Source: an uncultured Planctomycetia bacterium
GTDB lineage: Bacteria; Omnitrophota; Gorgyraeia; 1-14-0-20-64-10
Assembly: GCA_964373715.1 (NCBI GenBank)
Contig: CAYJVR010000006.1
Location: forward strand, 39,781-103,780
Reading direction: 5' to 3'
Length of the DNA stretch: 64,000 nucleotides
Below are positions 1 through 10,087 of this stretch, one piece after another. The notes under the pieces were generated by a model, which was given only the letters and a program-made list of their open reading frames with translations, searched no databases and was not told the DNA's origin. The translations under genes were made by a program, and so were the position numbers. The number at the start of each line of letters is the position of its first letter. Within the stretch, counting starts at the first letter, position 1.

Positions 1-331
1 GTTCCAGCAGGGAAACCCTCTCGGTGCTCATCCCTTCGGGAAGCGTCAGGATCAGCTTGTACCCCTTCACCGCCGCGATCATCGCTAGACCGATTCCGGT
101 ATTGCCGCTAGTGGATTCAATGATCGTCCCTCCCGGCTGGAGCAGGCCCCTTTTTTCCGCATCCTCGACCATCGCCAGCGCAATCCGGTCTTTCACCGAC
201 CCTCCCGGGTTCATCGCCTCGAGTTTGCCCAGCACGCGCGCCATTTTCAGGGTGACCACTTTATTCAGCTGAACAAGCGGCGTTTCCCCGATAAGCTCAA
301 GGATTGACTTCGCCAACGCTTTCTTTGCCAT
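1..331 (-). CDS. cysK: Cysteine synthase (CysK/CysM family, O-acetylserine sulfhydrylase). The 5' part is present (ATG at 331..329 after a GAGAGGA Shine-Dalgarno) and the 3' end runs off the window.
   Basis: Reverse-complement translation gives [86 protein letters not shown]. The PLP lysine region (SVKDR) and the glycine-rich loop (TSGNTG) are typical of CysK/CysM. This ORF is not in the supplied track because it is incomplete. Confidence 0.8.
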   Translation of the reverse strand, partial: MAKKALAKSILELIGETPLVQLNKVVTLKMARVLGKLEAMNPGGSVKDRIALAMVEDAEKRGLLQPGGTIIESTSGNTGIGLAMIAAVKGYKLILTLPEGMSTERVSLLE

Positions 332-343
332 GAGATCCTCTCG

Positions 344-1618
344 TCACAAACCTTTTAAAGCCGCTCTGTGGGCGCTCAATGTGGATTCCAATTCCTTGTC
401 GCCGTGAGCCGCGGATACAAACCAGGCCTCAAATGCCGATGGAGGGAGATAGATCCCTTTCCGGAGCATCCTCTGGAAATACCCGGAATACCGGCGGGAG
501 TCGGCCGCCCGCGCGTCACCGGCGTTGCGCACCGGCTTCTCGGAAAAGAAAAGGGTCAGCAGAGAACCGACCTGCTGCGCCACCGCCGGGATCTGCCGGC
601 GCCAGCAGTCGTACACCAGCCCTTCCCTCAACCTCCGGCCTTTCTCCTCAAGCTTTTCGTAAGTTTTCGGCTGTTTGAGGATTTCCAGCGCGGCCAGGCC
701 GGCGGCCATCGCCACCGGGTGGCCGGATAAAGTGCCTGCCTGGTAAACCGGCCCCAGCGGGGCGACATGACGCATCAGTTTCTTCGATCCGCCGTAAGCT
801 CCGACCGGGAACCCCCCGCCGATCACCTTCCCTAATAGGGTCAGATCCGGCTCAACCTGGTATAGGGCCTGGGCCCCTCCCCACGCCACCCGGAACCCGG
901 TGATCACCTCGTCGAAAATGAGCAACGCCTTCGCCCTGCGGGTGATCTTCCTCAAGAAAGCCAGGAACCCCTCCTCGGGAGGAATCACCCCCACGTTCGC
1001 CATGACCGGCTCCGCCAGCAGACAGGCGAGATCCGCCCTGTGTTTATGCACAGCCCGTTCCGCCGCCTCCGGATCGTTGAACGGAACGGTGATCGTATGT
1101 TCCGTGACACTTGCCGGCACACCCGGCGACGAGGGGATGCCCAACGTAACCATGCCGGAACCAGCCTTTGTTAAAAGAGCGTCGGAATGGCCGTGGTAAG
1201 CCCCCTCAAACTTTATCACCTTGTTCCTGCCGGTCGCCCCCCGGGCCAAACGAATAGCGCTCATTGCCGCCTCTGTCCCAGAAGAGACAAACCGGACCTG
1301 CTGCATTGAGGGGACTGCCCTCGATATCTCTTTGGCCAGCGCCGTCTCGCGCGGAGTCGGCGTCCCGAAGGTCGTCCCTCTCCCAAGGGCTTTTCTGGCC
1401 GCCTTCAAGATGTGGGGATGCCGGTGGCCGAGGATCTGCGCCCCCCAGGAACAGACGTAATCGAGATAGCGCTTTCCCTCGACATCCCAGAGGTACGGCC
1501 CGCGCCCATGATCCACGAAAAATGGTCTGCCCCCCACCGCCCGGAAAGAGCGGACTGGGGAATTCACCCCACCGACCAAGTATTTCTGCGCTTCGCACCA
1601 ACAGGCCGCGTTCGTCAC
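344..1618 (-). CDS. hemL: Glutamate-1-semialdehyde 2,1-aminomutase
   Basis: The 424 aa ORF carries GGVNSPVR, the PLP lysine region and a class-III aminotransferase fold, with full-length similarity to HemL. Confidence 0.9.
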   Translation of the reverse strand: MTNAACWCEAQKYLVGGVNSPVRSFRAVGGRPFFVDHGRGPYLWDVEGKRYLDYVCSWGAQILGHRHPHILKAARKALGRGTTFGTPTPRETALAKEISRAVPSMQQVRFVSSGTEAAMSAIRLARGATGRNKVIKFEGAYHGHSDALLTKAGSGMVTLGIPSSPGVPASVTEHTITVPFNDPEAAERAVHKHRADLACLLAEPVMANVGVIPPEEGFLAFLRKITRRAKALLIFDEVITGFRVAWGGAQALYQVEPDLTLLGKVIGGGFPVGAYGGSKKLMRHVAPLGPVYQAGTLSGHPVAMAAGLAALEILKQPKTYEKLEEKGRRLREGLVYDCWRRQIPAVAQQVGSLLTLFFSEKPVRNAGDARAADSRRYSGYFQRMLRKGIYLPPSAFEAWFVSAAHGDKELESTLSAHRAALKGL

Positions 1619-1662
1619 CGGTTTTCCCGTGCCCCGCGTCTCTCGCCCCCCGCCTCAAACAT

Positions 1663-3456
1663 TTACGACGCGCACTCCCCTTTTCCAACTTCCAGCTTGA
1701 ACTCGCCGATCGATCCGAGATCCTCATACATCTCGCGGGCCTGCTCGAAAGGCGGCAGAGACCGAAACGGGTCCAGCTCCTGCCTCAACCGGGCGGCGCC
1801 GGCTCGGTTGACCCATTCCCGAAATCTCTCATTCGGCTGGCGCTCGTCTCGGTAAAGGGTGAGCAACCTCTTGGCCGCTTCCGGCACCCGCTTGGCCGGC
1901 ACCATCCCAAGCCGTTGGCCAAACTCGGCAACCCCTTCCGCCGTCCGCCCGCCGACCATCACGATGTAGTGCGGCACAGCATGGCCGTTCAGCTCGCTCG
2001 AGGAACCATGGAACCCGAGGTCCGCGATATGGTGCTGACCGCAGGAATTTTGACAACCACTGATCTTGATTGTCAGGTTTTTCAGCGCTTCATCCTCAAG
2101 GAATGCCTTGCCTCCATTGGTGAATAGAGCGCCCATCTCTGCCGCCAGACCTCGCGAATGGGTGATCGCAATCTGGCAGGTGTCGGCGCCCGGACAACGG
2201 GTGATGTCAGCCAAATAGCCGGCATCGGTGTAGGCGATCCCGAGCTGGACCAACCCCTGATAGACCGCCGGCACTGCCTCCTGCGGCACCCAGGGAAGCA
2301 GCAAGTTCTGCGCAATCACGGTGCGGACCTGTCCGCCGCTGTATTTTCTGGCAAGCGCCGCGACGCCGCGCATCTCTTTGACCCCGATGTCTCCCAAGAG
2401 ACAGCGGATCTGCACCGCGACATAGCCAGCCTGTTTCTGCTTGAACAAATTCGTTTTGCACCACCGTTCGTAGTTCGCATCCTTAACCGGCATTACCAGC
2501 AGCGTGCCCGCCGGCGGTTTCGGCGGCGGGTCCTGTTCGTAGACCGGAATCTCCCACTGCGTCTGTCCGGGGCTAGTCATCAGCGTGACCTTTATCTCTT
2601 CTGTGTACTGCTTCTTGAACTCCTCAAAACCCCATTTCTTGATGAGAAACTTGATCCGGGCGGTGGCCCTGTTTTTCCTTTCGCCGTACCGGTCGAAGAG
2701 CCGGATCACCGTTTCAATCGAAGGGATCAGCCTGTTTTCCGGTATAAACTCTTCCAGCAGATGCGGCGCGAACGGCACCGCCCCGAGGCCTCCTCCCACG
2801 TAGACGTCGAACCCGCGTATCTTTTTGCCGCCGACCTCCCTAACCTTGGCCACCACACCATAATCGTGTATCGGAACGCGGGCGTGGTCCGTCGGGCAGC
2901 CCTCGAACGCGATCTTGAACTTGCGCGGCAGGTTCTGGCAGACCGGGTGCCGCAGGAAATAGCGGCTCACCGCGTCGGCGTAAGGGACAACGTCGAACGC
3001 CTCCTCGGCGGAGATGCCTGCAAACGGGCAGGCCGAGACGTTGCGGACCGTGTTGCCGCAGGCCTCGCGCGTCGTGAGCCCCGCCTTCGAAATCCGCTTC
3101 AGGACCTCGGGCACCGTCGGGCGCTTCACCTTGTGCATCTGGATCGCCTGGCGGGTCGTGACGTGCGCCACCTTCGGCGTCGCGTACTGCTCGACCACGT
3201 CGGCGACCGCTTCGAGCTGCTCCGCGGTGAGGCAGCCGAACCGGACCTTGATCCGGATCATATGCTCGTCCATCGTTCCGCGGATCCCGTAAACGCCGTT
3301 TTCGAGACGAAATTTCTTAAAATCATCCGGATCCAGCTTCTGCTGTTCGAGCCGTATGATCTCCTGCTCGAAGCGGGATATCTCCGCCGCCTGCGCTGCC
3401 GGGGCGATCAGTTCGTCAATCTTGGGATGCTTCTCATTCGTAGCCATTTCACTCAA
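1663..3456 (-). CDS. sir: Ferredoxin-dependent sulfite/nitrite reductase hemoprotein (siroheme and 4Fe-4S). The neighbours sat, cysH and cysK favour an assimilatory sulfite reductase.
   Basis: The 597 aa ORF has the nitrite/sulfite reductase ferredoxin-like half-domains, the CxxxxxC..CxxxC cluster (TRCPGADTCQ ... SGCQNSCGQH) and a siroheme-binding region. Confidence 0.8.
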   Translation of the reverse strand: MSEMATNEKHPKIDELIAPAAQAAEISRFEQEIIRLEQQKLDPDDFKKFRLENGVYGIRGTMDEHMIRIKVRFGCLTAEQLEAVADVVEQYATPKVAHVTTRQAIQMHKVKRPTVPEVLKRISKAGLTTREACGNTVRNVSACPFAGISAEEAFDVVPYADAVSRYFLRHPVCQNLPRKFKIAFEGCPTDHARVPIHDYGVVAKVREVGGKKIRGFDVYVGGGLGAVPFAPHLLEEFIPENRLIPSIETVIRLFDRYGERKNRATARIKFLIKKWGFEEFKKQYTEEIKVTLMTSPGQTQWEIPVYEQDPPPKPPAGTLLVMPVKDANYERWCKTNLFKQKQAGYVAVQIRCLLGDIGVKEMRGVAALARKYSGGQVRTVIAQNLLLPWVPQEAVPAVYQGLVQLGIAYTDAGYLADITRCPGADTCQIAITHSRGLAAEMGALFTNGGKAFLEDEALKNLTIKISGCQNSCGQHHIADLGFHGSSSELNGHAVPHYIVMVGGRTAEGVAEFGQRLGMVPAKRVPEAAKRLLTLYRDERQPNERFREWVNRAGAARLRQELDPFRSLPPFEQAREMYEDLGSIGEFKLEVGKGECAS

Positions 3457-4448
3457 CTCCTTCTTTTCGAAAGCCAGCCGGCCAATTCCTTCGCGTAATA
3501 AGTGATGATGAGATCCGCTCCAGCGCGCCGCATACCCATCGCCAGTTCCATGGCAACCCTCTCTTCATCAATCCACCCTTTGAGGGCTGCCGCCTTGATG
3601 AGCGAATATTCGCCGCTCACCTGATAAACGGCGGTCGGCCATGAAAATTTCTCTTTTACCGCTTTCACGATATCGAGGTAGGCACTCGCCGGCTTGACCA
3701 TGATGATGTCCGCCCCTTCTTCGATATCCAGCGCCGTTTCCCTGAGAGCTTCATCGGCGTTCGGTGGGTCCATCTGGTAGCCGCGACGATCCCCTGTTTT
3801 CGGGGACGATTCCACCGCCTCCCGGAACGGGCCGTAAAGGCCCGAGGCATATTTCACGGAGTAGCTCATGACCGCCGTGTGCGGTAGCCCCTCCTGGTTC
3901 AACGCCCTCCGGATCGCGGCCACCTGACCATCCATCATCGCCGAGGGGGCGACGATGTCGGCCCCGGCCCTGGCGTGAGACACGGCTGTCTGCGCCAGCA
4001 CGGGAAGAGTGGCATCGTTGTCCACCTCCGCGCCGCGCAGAATACCGCAATGCCCATGGCTCGTGTATTCGCACAAACAGACGTCGGTGATCACAACCAT
4101 GTCCGGCGCCGATTTCTTGACCGCCCTGACCGCCTGCTGGATCACCCCGGCGGGGGCGTAAGCGCCGGTCCCCTCGGGGTCTTTCCTGAGCGGCAGCCCG
4201 AAAAGAAGAACCGCGCCGATCCCAAGCTGCCGGAGACTCTTCGCTTCTGCCGCCGCCTCCGCGACAGACAACCGGTACTGGCCCGGCATCGCCTTGATCT
4301 CTTGCCTGCGCTTGGCGGTGGCGGAGACGAAAATCGGCGCGACCAGCCGCGATGGGGAAAGTGTCGTCTCGGCGATCAGCCTTCTCAGCGCGGCGGTCCG
4401 TCTCAAGCGTCTCGGGCGGTAATTCGGAAAAGAGAGTGTCTTGCCCAT
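3453..4448 (-). CDS. hemB: Porphobilinogen synthase (delta-aminolevulinate dehydratase)
   Basis: The 331 aa ORF has the N-terminal RRLR motif, the active-site lysines and a Cys-rich metal site (DVCLCEYTSHGHCG). Confidence 0.9.
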   Translation of the reverse strand: MGKTLSFPNYRPRRLRRTAALRRLIAETTLSPSRLVAPIFVSATAKRRQEIKAMPGQYRLSVAEAAAEAKSLRQLGIGAVLLFGLPLRKDPEGTGAYAPAGVIQQAVRAVKKSAPDMVVITDVCLCEYTSHGHCGILRGAEVDNDATLPVLAQTAVSHARAGADIVAPSAMMDGQVAAIRRALNQEGLPHTAVMSYSVKYASGLYGPFREAVESSPKTGDRRGYQMDPPNADEALRETALDIEEGADIIMVKPASAYLDIVKAVKEKFSWPTAVYQVSGEYSLIKAAALKGWIDEERVAMELAMGMRRAGADLIITYYAKELAGWLSKRRS

Positions 4449-6043
4449 CAGTTTGCCAGCGCCTTTTCGACCGCTTCAACCAGCCCGTCGAGTGTCCAGC
4501 TTTTGCGCGGCATCCAGTATCTCTTGATGCCGTTCTCCTTCAGCGCTTCCGCGGTGGAGGGGCCTATCGCCACCGCTTTTGCCCCGTTCAACGCTTTTTT
4601 CACAGGCACCTTTGCCCGCCGCAGCGCTCGGAAAAAACCGGTCACCGTCGAGGCAGAAGTGAATGTTATCGCATCCACATGAGAAATCGCTTTTTTGATC
4701 CGGGACGACCTAATCGCTGGCATCACCGTTTCATAGAGAGTCACCTCCTCCACCAGCGCTCCCCTGCGGCGCAGGCTTTCCGCGAAATCGTCCCCACTCC
4801 CCAATTGAGAGCGGGGAATCAGCATCCTTTTCCCGGAAACCGGCAGGCGGCCCATCTCCGCGGCAATCCCCTTCTTTGAAAAATCGGCCGGCACCAGATC
4901 CGCACTGCCTCCGGCCGCTTTCACCGCCTGCGCGGTCCGGGGACCGATCGCGCAGACCTTCGCCTTCAGGCTGGAGAAATCCTTTCCGGCGTGCCCAAGC
5001 ACCCGCTCCAAAGCCTCGACCCCATGGTGGCTCGTAAAGAGGATCCAATCAAATCCCGGGAGTTTCCGAAGAAGCTCTTTCTCCCGGCCGCCAGAAAGGG
5101 AGACCCGCCTGATCTCAATCGTCGGCAGATGGGCGCATGAGGCTCCAAGCTCCTGAAGCCGGTTGGTGAGCTCTTTGCTATCCATAGACGGCCTAGTTAC
5201 CAGTATTTTTCTTCCTTTTAGGGATTCTCCAGCCACTTTTAACCTATTTTTGTTCAATTTATAGGCTAATTGAACCACTTCACCCACTATAGCAACTACC
5301 GGAGGGCCAAAATCAGGTCTCCGGGCCAAATCGGCATCTACCCGTGACAATGAGGTGAATAGAACCTCCTGTTCCGGAGTGGTGGCCCAACGGATCAACG
5401 CCACCGGAGTGAAGCCGGACCGGCCCGCTTTTAAAAGAGCTTTGGCAATCGCCGGCAAGGCGGCGCGCCCCATCAAGATCACCAGCGTATCCATCCCCTT
5501 CGCCAGGAGTTCCCACCGGACCTTCTTCTCTTTACCGGCCGCCTGATGGCCGGTCACAATCGCCACGCTCGAACTGAAACGACGGTCGGTCAGCGGAATT
5601 CCGGCCGCGGCGGCCGCCGCCCAAACGGAACTGACCCCCGGCACAATCTCAAACGGAATGCCGGCCCGGGCAAGATCTTCCAATTCCTCCGAGATCCGGC
5701 TGAAAACGGTCGGGTCTCCCCCTTTCAACCGCACGACCATGCCGAGCCTCTTCGCCTCCCGGCGCAGAATCCGGTTGATGCTCGGCTGGCCGTGGCCTCC
5801 TTCATCCGCCTCTTTGCCGACGTAAATTTTCCGGCATCGGGGTCCGGTCAGCTTCAGAAGAGACGGCTCCACCAGCCGGTCATAAACAACACAGTCGGCC
5901 TTCTTCAAAAGCCCGGCCCCCTTGCGCGTTATCAATGCCGGATCCCCCGGACCCGCCCCGACAAAATAAACGGTTCCGGGGCGAGGGACGGGGGGCACGG
6001 GGCGGGAAATTTTTTCTTTCCCATTCATTTTCTGGCGCTCCAT
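4448..6043 (-). CDS. cobA: Fusion of uroporphyrinogen-III C-methyltransferase (CobA/SUMT, N-terminal half) and uroporphyrinogen-III synthase (HemD, C-terminal half). The start is probably at an internal Met (MERQKMNGKEK).
   Basis: The GAGPGD SAM-binding motif and tetrapyrrole methylase fold occupy aa 40-280, and HemD-like repeats occupy aa 290-540. Confidence 0.85.
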   Translation of the reverse strand: MERQKMNGKEKISRPVPPVPRPGTVYFVGAGPGDPALITRKGAGLLKKADCVVYDRLVEPSLLKLTGPRCRKIYVGKEADEGGHGQPSINRILRREAKRLGMVVRLKGGDPTVFSRISEELEDLARAGIPFEIVPGVSSVWAAAAAAGIPLTDRRFSSSVAIVTGHQAAGKEKKVRWELLAKGMDTLVILMGRAALPAIAKALLKAGRSGFTPVALIRWATTPEQEVLFTSLSRVDADLARRPDFGPPVVAIVGEVVQLAYKLNKNRLKVAGESLKGRKILVTRPSMDSKELTNRLQELGASCAHLPTIEIRRVSLSGGREKELLRKLPGFDWILFTSHHGVEALERVLGHAGKDFSSLKAKVCAIGPRTAQAVKAAGGSADLVPADFSKKGIAAEMGRLPVSGKRMLIPRSQLGSGDDFAESLRRRGALVEEVTLYETVMPAIRSSRIKKAISHVDAITFTSASTVTGFFRALRRAKVPVKKALNGAKAVAIGPSTAEALKENGIKRYWMPRKSWTLDGLVEAVEKALAN

Positions 6044-6984
6044 TCCCCTGTCTCCTGTCTCTTGCCCCATACCCCATACAAAAGCCGGTCGGATCCGGCA
6101 GCCCGGAAATGGCTGGCCAATTCTTTTCCTAAACGTTCCGCCGATTGCTTTGAACCCGACAACTCGTTACGGATTGCTTTCTGCCCATCAGGCGAGAGGA
6201 CCGTCCCGAAGATCGTGAGGTTCTCGCCCTCCACTACCGCCAAAGCACCCAGAGGAATATCGCAGCTGCCGCCCAGCGCTCTCAGGAACGCCCGCTCCGC
6301 CTTTACCTCCCAATGGGAATCGGGATGGTCGAGCGCCGCCGCGAGCAACACCATCTCCTTATCCTCCTGCCGGACTTCGATCCCCAGCGCCCCTTGGCCC
6401 GGGCAGGGCACAACCTGCGAGGGGTGAAGGTATTCGGTGATCCTTTCCTTTAGCCCGAGCCGGATCAGGCCGCAGGCCGCCAGCACCAGAGCTCCGAATT
6501 CCTGAGCTTCCAGCTTCTTCAGCCGGGTATCCACGTTGCCCCGCACTGGGACAAATTCGAGGTCCCGCCGCAAACGCTTCAACTGCGCCTGGCGCCGCAC
6601 CGAACCGGCGGCGATTTTCGTGCCGGCCGGAAGAGACTGAAGGGTCTGCCCGGCTGCCATCACCAAAGCGTCCCTCGGGTCCTCCCGTTCCAAAATCGCA
6701 CCGAACGTCAACCCGGCCGGAAAGTCCGCCTCGAGATCCTTGACCGAGTGGACCGCCAGATCGATCTCTTTCTTCAGAAGGGCCTCCTCAATCTCTTTCA
6801 CAAAAAGCCCTTTTAGAGCGACCTCACCCTGTTTATAGGAAGCCGGGTCGTCTCCGGTCGTCTTGATCACCGTCAGCCCGCAGAACAAACCGGCATGCGC
6901 TTTCTCCAACGCGCTTTTGACGCTGTTGGCCTGCGCAAGCGCCAGCTTCGATCCCCTAGTCCCTATTTTGAGAATCTTCGCCAT
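6025..6984 (-). CDS. hemC: Hydroxymethylbilane synthase (porphobilinogen deaminase). The start ATG at 6984 overlaps the stop of the upstream JAMM gene.
   Basis: The ORF begins KILKIGTRGSKLALAQA and has the dipyrromethane cofactor cysteine region, with full-length HemC similarity. Confidence 0.9.
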   Translation of the reverse strand: MAKILKIGTRGSKLALAQANSVKSALEKAHAGLFCGLTVIKTTGDDPASYKQGEVALKGLFVKEIEEALLKKEIDLAVHSVKDLEADFPAGLTFGAILEREDPRDALVMAAGQTLQSLPAGTKIAAGSVRRQAQLKRLRRDLEFVPVRGNVDTRLKKLEAQEFGALVLAACGLIRLGLKERITEYLHPSQVVPCPGQGALGIEVRQEDKEMVLLAAALDHPDSHWEVKAERAFLRALGGSCDIPLGALAVVEGENLTIFGTVLSPDGQKAIRNELSGSKQSAERLGKELASHFRAAGSDRLLYGVWGKRQETGEWSARK

Positions 6985-7412
6985 CAGATCTCCTGCCACT
7001 GAATTTCTTGGACGCCAAAATCCTGGACCTTAAAAGCCCGTACGCCGGGCGTCGGGTCCTTCAGCGTCACCAGCACGTAATACCCGTCGAAAAAATCCTG
7101 TATGGCGGTCGCCCGGTCAATGTCCCGCCGGGAGGGATAAGCCTGGGTCGCCACGTGCGAATGGTAAATCGCCACGTGTTCCAGCCCCTCCGCCCGCATC
7201 TGTTTCTGGACAGCCGCCTGCTCCGTCCCGTCCAGCTCGTAGCTGGTGGGAGAGGCATGTACATTTGTCATCGGAAGAGTTTTCACGGCTGTCCCTTCCC
7301 TGCCGGTCAAATAGCCGCAGGCCTCGTTCGGGTAATCGCGCCGACAATGCTCGACCATCTTCTCGAGTGCGGCCGCCGTGATCTTAAATGTCCCCGATTT
7401 CTCCTGCCCCAT
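6984..7412 (-). CDS. JAMM/MPN+ (Mov34) metalloprotease family protein (Mec+/CysO-cysteine peptidase-like)
   Basis: The JAMM motif HSHVATQAYPSRRD (HxHx7Sx2D) is preceded by a conserved Glu (EACGYL). The ORF is about 140 aa and translationally coupled to hemC. Confidence 0.75.
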   Translation of the reverse strand: MGQEKSGTFKITAAALEKMVEHCRRDYPNEACGYLTGREGTAVKTLPMTNVHASPTSYELDGTEQAAVQKQMRAEGLEHVAIYHSHVATQAYPSRRDIDRATAIQDFFDGYYVLVTLKDPTPGVRAFKVQDFGVQEIQWQEI

Positions 7413-7426
7413 GCCCCTCGCCCCTC

Positions 7427-8197
7427 TTAAGCGGTCCCCCATCGGGTCCGGACGGTATCCTCCATCCGCCGGAAGATCAGCCCATCCACCGCCATTCCGA
7501 TAGCAGCGATGATAACCATTAGCGCCAGGAGTTCGTGTATCTGCTGTTTCTTCGCCACCTCGCTCAAGAGCCTACCCATCCCGTGGATCGACGATATCAG
7601 GAGCTCCCCTGCCATCAGCGCTCTCCATCCGAAAGCCCATGCCAGCCGGAGGCCGTCCACAATCCGGGGGATCGCCGCGGGCACAATGACGTGCCAAAAC
7701 ATGGAAGTGCCTCTGGCCCCCATTGTCCGGGCAGCCCGGAGAATCAGGGGCGGAACATCCTTAATCCCGTTGCTCGTGTGGACCATCACGATGCCGGTGG
7801 CGCCAAGCACGATCGAAAAAATCACAGCCGCTTCGGTAAACCCAAAAAGCAGGATGGAAAGAGGCACCCAGGCCGCGCCGGGCATCGAATGGAGTGCCAC
7901 GGCAAGCGTCCCAAGCAGGTCGTCTATCACCCGAAACCGCCCTAGCAGCAAACCCGTGCCTATCCCGAGAGTGAAAACGAAAGAGTAGCCAATCGCCATC
8001 CGGCGCAAAGACCCGGCTAGCGCGAAAAGAAAACTCTCGTTATTGAGGTCTTTCCAAACCAGTTTTAAGATTTCGAGGGCCGAGGGGATCCAGGGAGAAA
8101 CTCTAGATAGAGTTTCCCACAGCGCGATCGCCAGCACCCACAGCGTTATCCTTCTCAACCAGGTAATCCATGTCTTCATCTTTAACAACCTTAGCAA
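7427..8197 (-). CDS. ABC transporter permease, NitT/TauT (nitrate/sulfonate/taurine) family
   Basis: It has six predicted TM helices and the EAA-like loop region typical of SsuC/TauC permeases. It overlaps the upstream ATPase gene by about 95 nt, so the start may lie at an internal Met. Confidence 0.8.
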   Translation of the reverse strand: MLRLLKMKTWITWLRRITLWVLAIALWETLSRVSPWIPSALEILKLVWKDLNNESFLFALAGSLRRMAIGYSFVFTLGIGTGLLLGRFRVIDDLLGTLAVALHSMPGAAWVPLSILLFGFTEAAVIFSIVLGATGIVMVHTSNGIKDVPPLILRAARTMGARGTSMFWHVIVPAAIPRIVDGLRLAWAFGWRALMAGELLISSIHGMGRLLSEVAKKQQIHELLALMVIIAAIGMAVDGLIFRRMEDTVRTRWGTA

Positions 8198-8939
8198 TTT
8201 CCTCCTGAAGACTCAGGAGGATTCTCTGTTGAATGACAATCAAATGCGGATCGCTTTCTCTACGCGGTTTGGGCAGATGGATTGCGTATCCTTTTTTGAT
8301 CCGGCCCGGCCGCGCGGAAATCTCCAGCACTTTATCGCCCAGCGCGGTTGCCTCCCGTACGTTATGGGTAACAAAAAAGATCGTCTTTTTCGTTTCTTTC
8401 CAGATTTCAACCAACTCGAGCTGAAGCAGCCGCCTCGTTTGGGCGTCCAGCGCAGCAAACGGCTCATCCATGAGAAGAACCTTGGGGTCCATTGCCAGGG
8501 CCCTGGCGATGGCCACCCGCTGCTTCATGCCTCCGGAAAGTTGGTGCGGGTACGCGTTTGCAAACCGAGTCAGATGGACCATCCGCAGGTATTCGGTCGC
8601 TCTCGCTGTGCGTTCCTCTTGAGGAACCTTCAGCATCTTGAGTCCGAACTCGACGTTCTTCTGGACAGTCAGCCAAGGGAACAGGGCCGCCTCCTGGAAA
8701 ACAACAACCCTCTCTTGGCCCGGGCCGGTGACCTGAACCCCATCGGCAAGCACCCGGCCGGAAGACGGTTTCTCCAAACCGGCAATCAGATAGATGAGGG
8801 TAGACTTCCCGCAGCCGGAAGGGCCTACAAGGCAGACAAACTCACCATCCTCGATGGAGAAGTTGATTCCCTCAAGAACAGGCAGCGAGGACCCGTTATG
8901 GGTGTATTTTTTTGTGACGTTCTCAAGAACTACCGACAT
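8103..8939 (-). CDS. ABC transporter ATP-binding protein (NitT/TauT family)
   Basis: It has Walker A (GPSGCGKST), the signature LSGGMKQR and Walker B (LLMDEP). Confidence 0.85.
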   Translation of the reverse strand: MSVVLENVTKKYTHNGSSLPVLEGINFSIEDGEFVCLVGPSGCGKSTLIYLIAGLEKPSSGRVLADGVQVTGPGQERVVVFQEAALFPWLTVQKNVEFGLKMLKVPQEERTARATEYLRMVHLTRFANAYPHQLSGGMKQRVAIARALAMDPKVLLMDEPFAALDAQTRRLLQLELVEIWKETKKTIFFVTHNVREATALGDKVLEISARPGRIKKGYAIHLPKPRRESDPHLIVIQQRILLSLQEEIAKVVKDEDMDYLVEKDNAVGAGDRAVGNSI

Positions 8940-10086
8940 ACGCTTCCCTCAAGACATCGGCCACTTCAGGCCGCGTAAACTCGGGAGGAGGAGCCTTCCC
9001 TTCCGCCAACATCTGGCGCACCGCCGTCCCGCTCAACGAAACCCGTTCCGCAGCCGGGTGGGGGCATGTTTTGGCCGTTGCCATCCCCTGACACACCCGG
9101 CAGAAAAACGCGTTGTCGAAGCACAGAGGCGTCACCGCGAGTTCCGTCCGAGAGAAATTGTCGAAAATCCTTTGGGCATCCGACGCCCCGTAAAATTTCC
9201 CCACGCTCGCGTGGTCCCGGCCCACGATGAAGTGGCTGCACCCGTAGTTCTGCCGGATGATCGCGTGGAACACCGCTTCTCTCGGGCCTGCGTAGCGCAT
9301 CGCCGCCGGGTTAACAACCAGGGTCACCCGGTCGGGCGGCAGATACCCCTCGATCAGCGACAGGTAGCATTTCATCCTCAAGGGGGCCGGCAGATCCTCC
9401 TCCTTCGCCTGGCCCACCAGAGAATGGATCATCAGCCCGTCCACGATCTCCAACGCGCATCTCAGCAGATACTCATGCGCCCGGTGAATCGGGTTGTTGG
9501 TTTGGAAGCCGACCACGCTCTTCCAGCCGCGCCGCATGCACTCGGCGCGGGTCTGCGCCGGCGTCAGCCGGTACGTCAAAAAATCATTCCACTGCGGGAC
9601 ATTCAGCACGGACACCTTTCCGCCCAGGTTGTACATCCCTTTCGTCATAAGCCGGGCCACGCCCGGATGCGACGGGTCGGTTGTCCTGAAGACAAGCTTC
9701 GATTCCACCATTTTGTTGAACGGGTAGAGTTCCGTTTCATGCAGGATCGCCAGCACCTTTCCGTCTGGGGACTTCAGCGCGATGTCGAGCCCCTCGCGCC
9801 AGATGTCCGCCTGCTTGTCGGTCACCGACAGGGTGATCGGCAGCGGCCACACGGTCCCGTCCACCAGGCGCATCCGGTCAACGACCGAATCGTAGTCCGC
9901 CTCGCGCAGGAAACCTTCCAGCGGTGATAGAGCCCCTATCGCGAAGAGCTCGATATCGGACATCTCCCATTCGTCGAGCACTATCGTCGGCAGGCGAGCG
10001 GCACGCGCGAGCAGATTCGCCCGTCGCTCGCCGGTCACGAACCGTTCGACGAGATTGCCTCCGTGCGGAGCAATCAAATCGGCCAT
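8923..10086 (-). CDS. sat: Sulfate adenylyltransferase (ATP sulfurylase)
   Basis: Conserved QTNNPIHRAHE and GRDHASVG motifs. The start is probably MADLIAPHGG rather than the ORF-track start at 10152. Confidence 0.9.
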   Translation of the reverse strand: MADLIAPHGGNLVERFVTGERRANLLARAARLPTIVLDEWEMSDIELFAIGALSPLEGFLREADYDSVVDRMRLVDGTVWPLPITLSVTDKQADIWREGLDIALKSPDGKVLAILHETELYPFNKMVESKLVFRTTDPSHPGVARLMTKGMYNLGGKVSVLNVPQWNDFLTYRLTPAQTRAECMRRGWKSVVGFQTNNPIHRAHEYLLRCALEIVDGLMIHSLVGQAKEEDLPAPLRMKCYLSLIEGYLPPDRVTLVVNPAAMRYAGPREAVFHAIIRQNYGCSHFIVGRDHASVGKFYGASDAQRIFDNFSRTELAVTPLCFDNAFFCRVCQGMATAKTCPHPAAERVSLSGTAVRQMLAEGKAPPPEFTRPEVADVLREAYVGSS

Positions 10087-10087
10087 A

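Noticed and set aside
2158-3498. 446 aa plus-strand ORF antisense to the sulfite reductase gene. Similar long antisense ORFs lie at 8794-9927, 13115-14134, 15952-16941, 21922-22908, 5546-6427, 54292-55122 and 54650-55585.
   Set aside because: These are shadow ORFs expected in a roughly 62% GC genome. Each lies wholly inside a confidently identified conserved gene on the other strand. Their translations are Arg/Pro/Gly-rich and low-complexity with no recognisable family.
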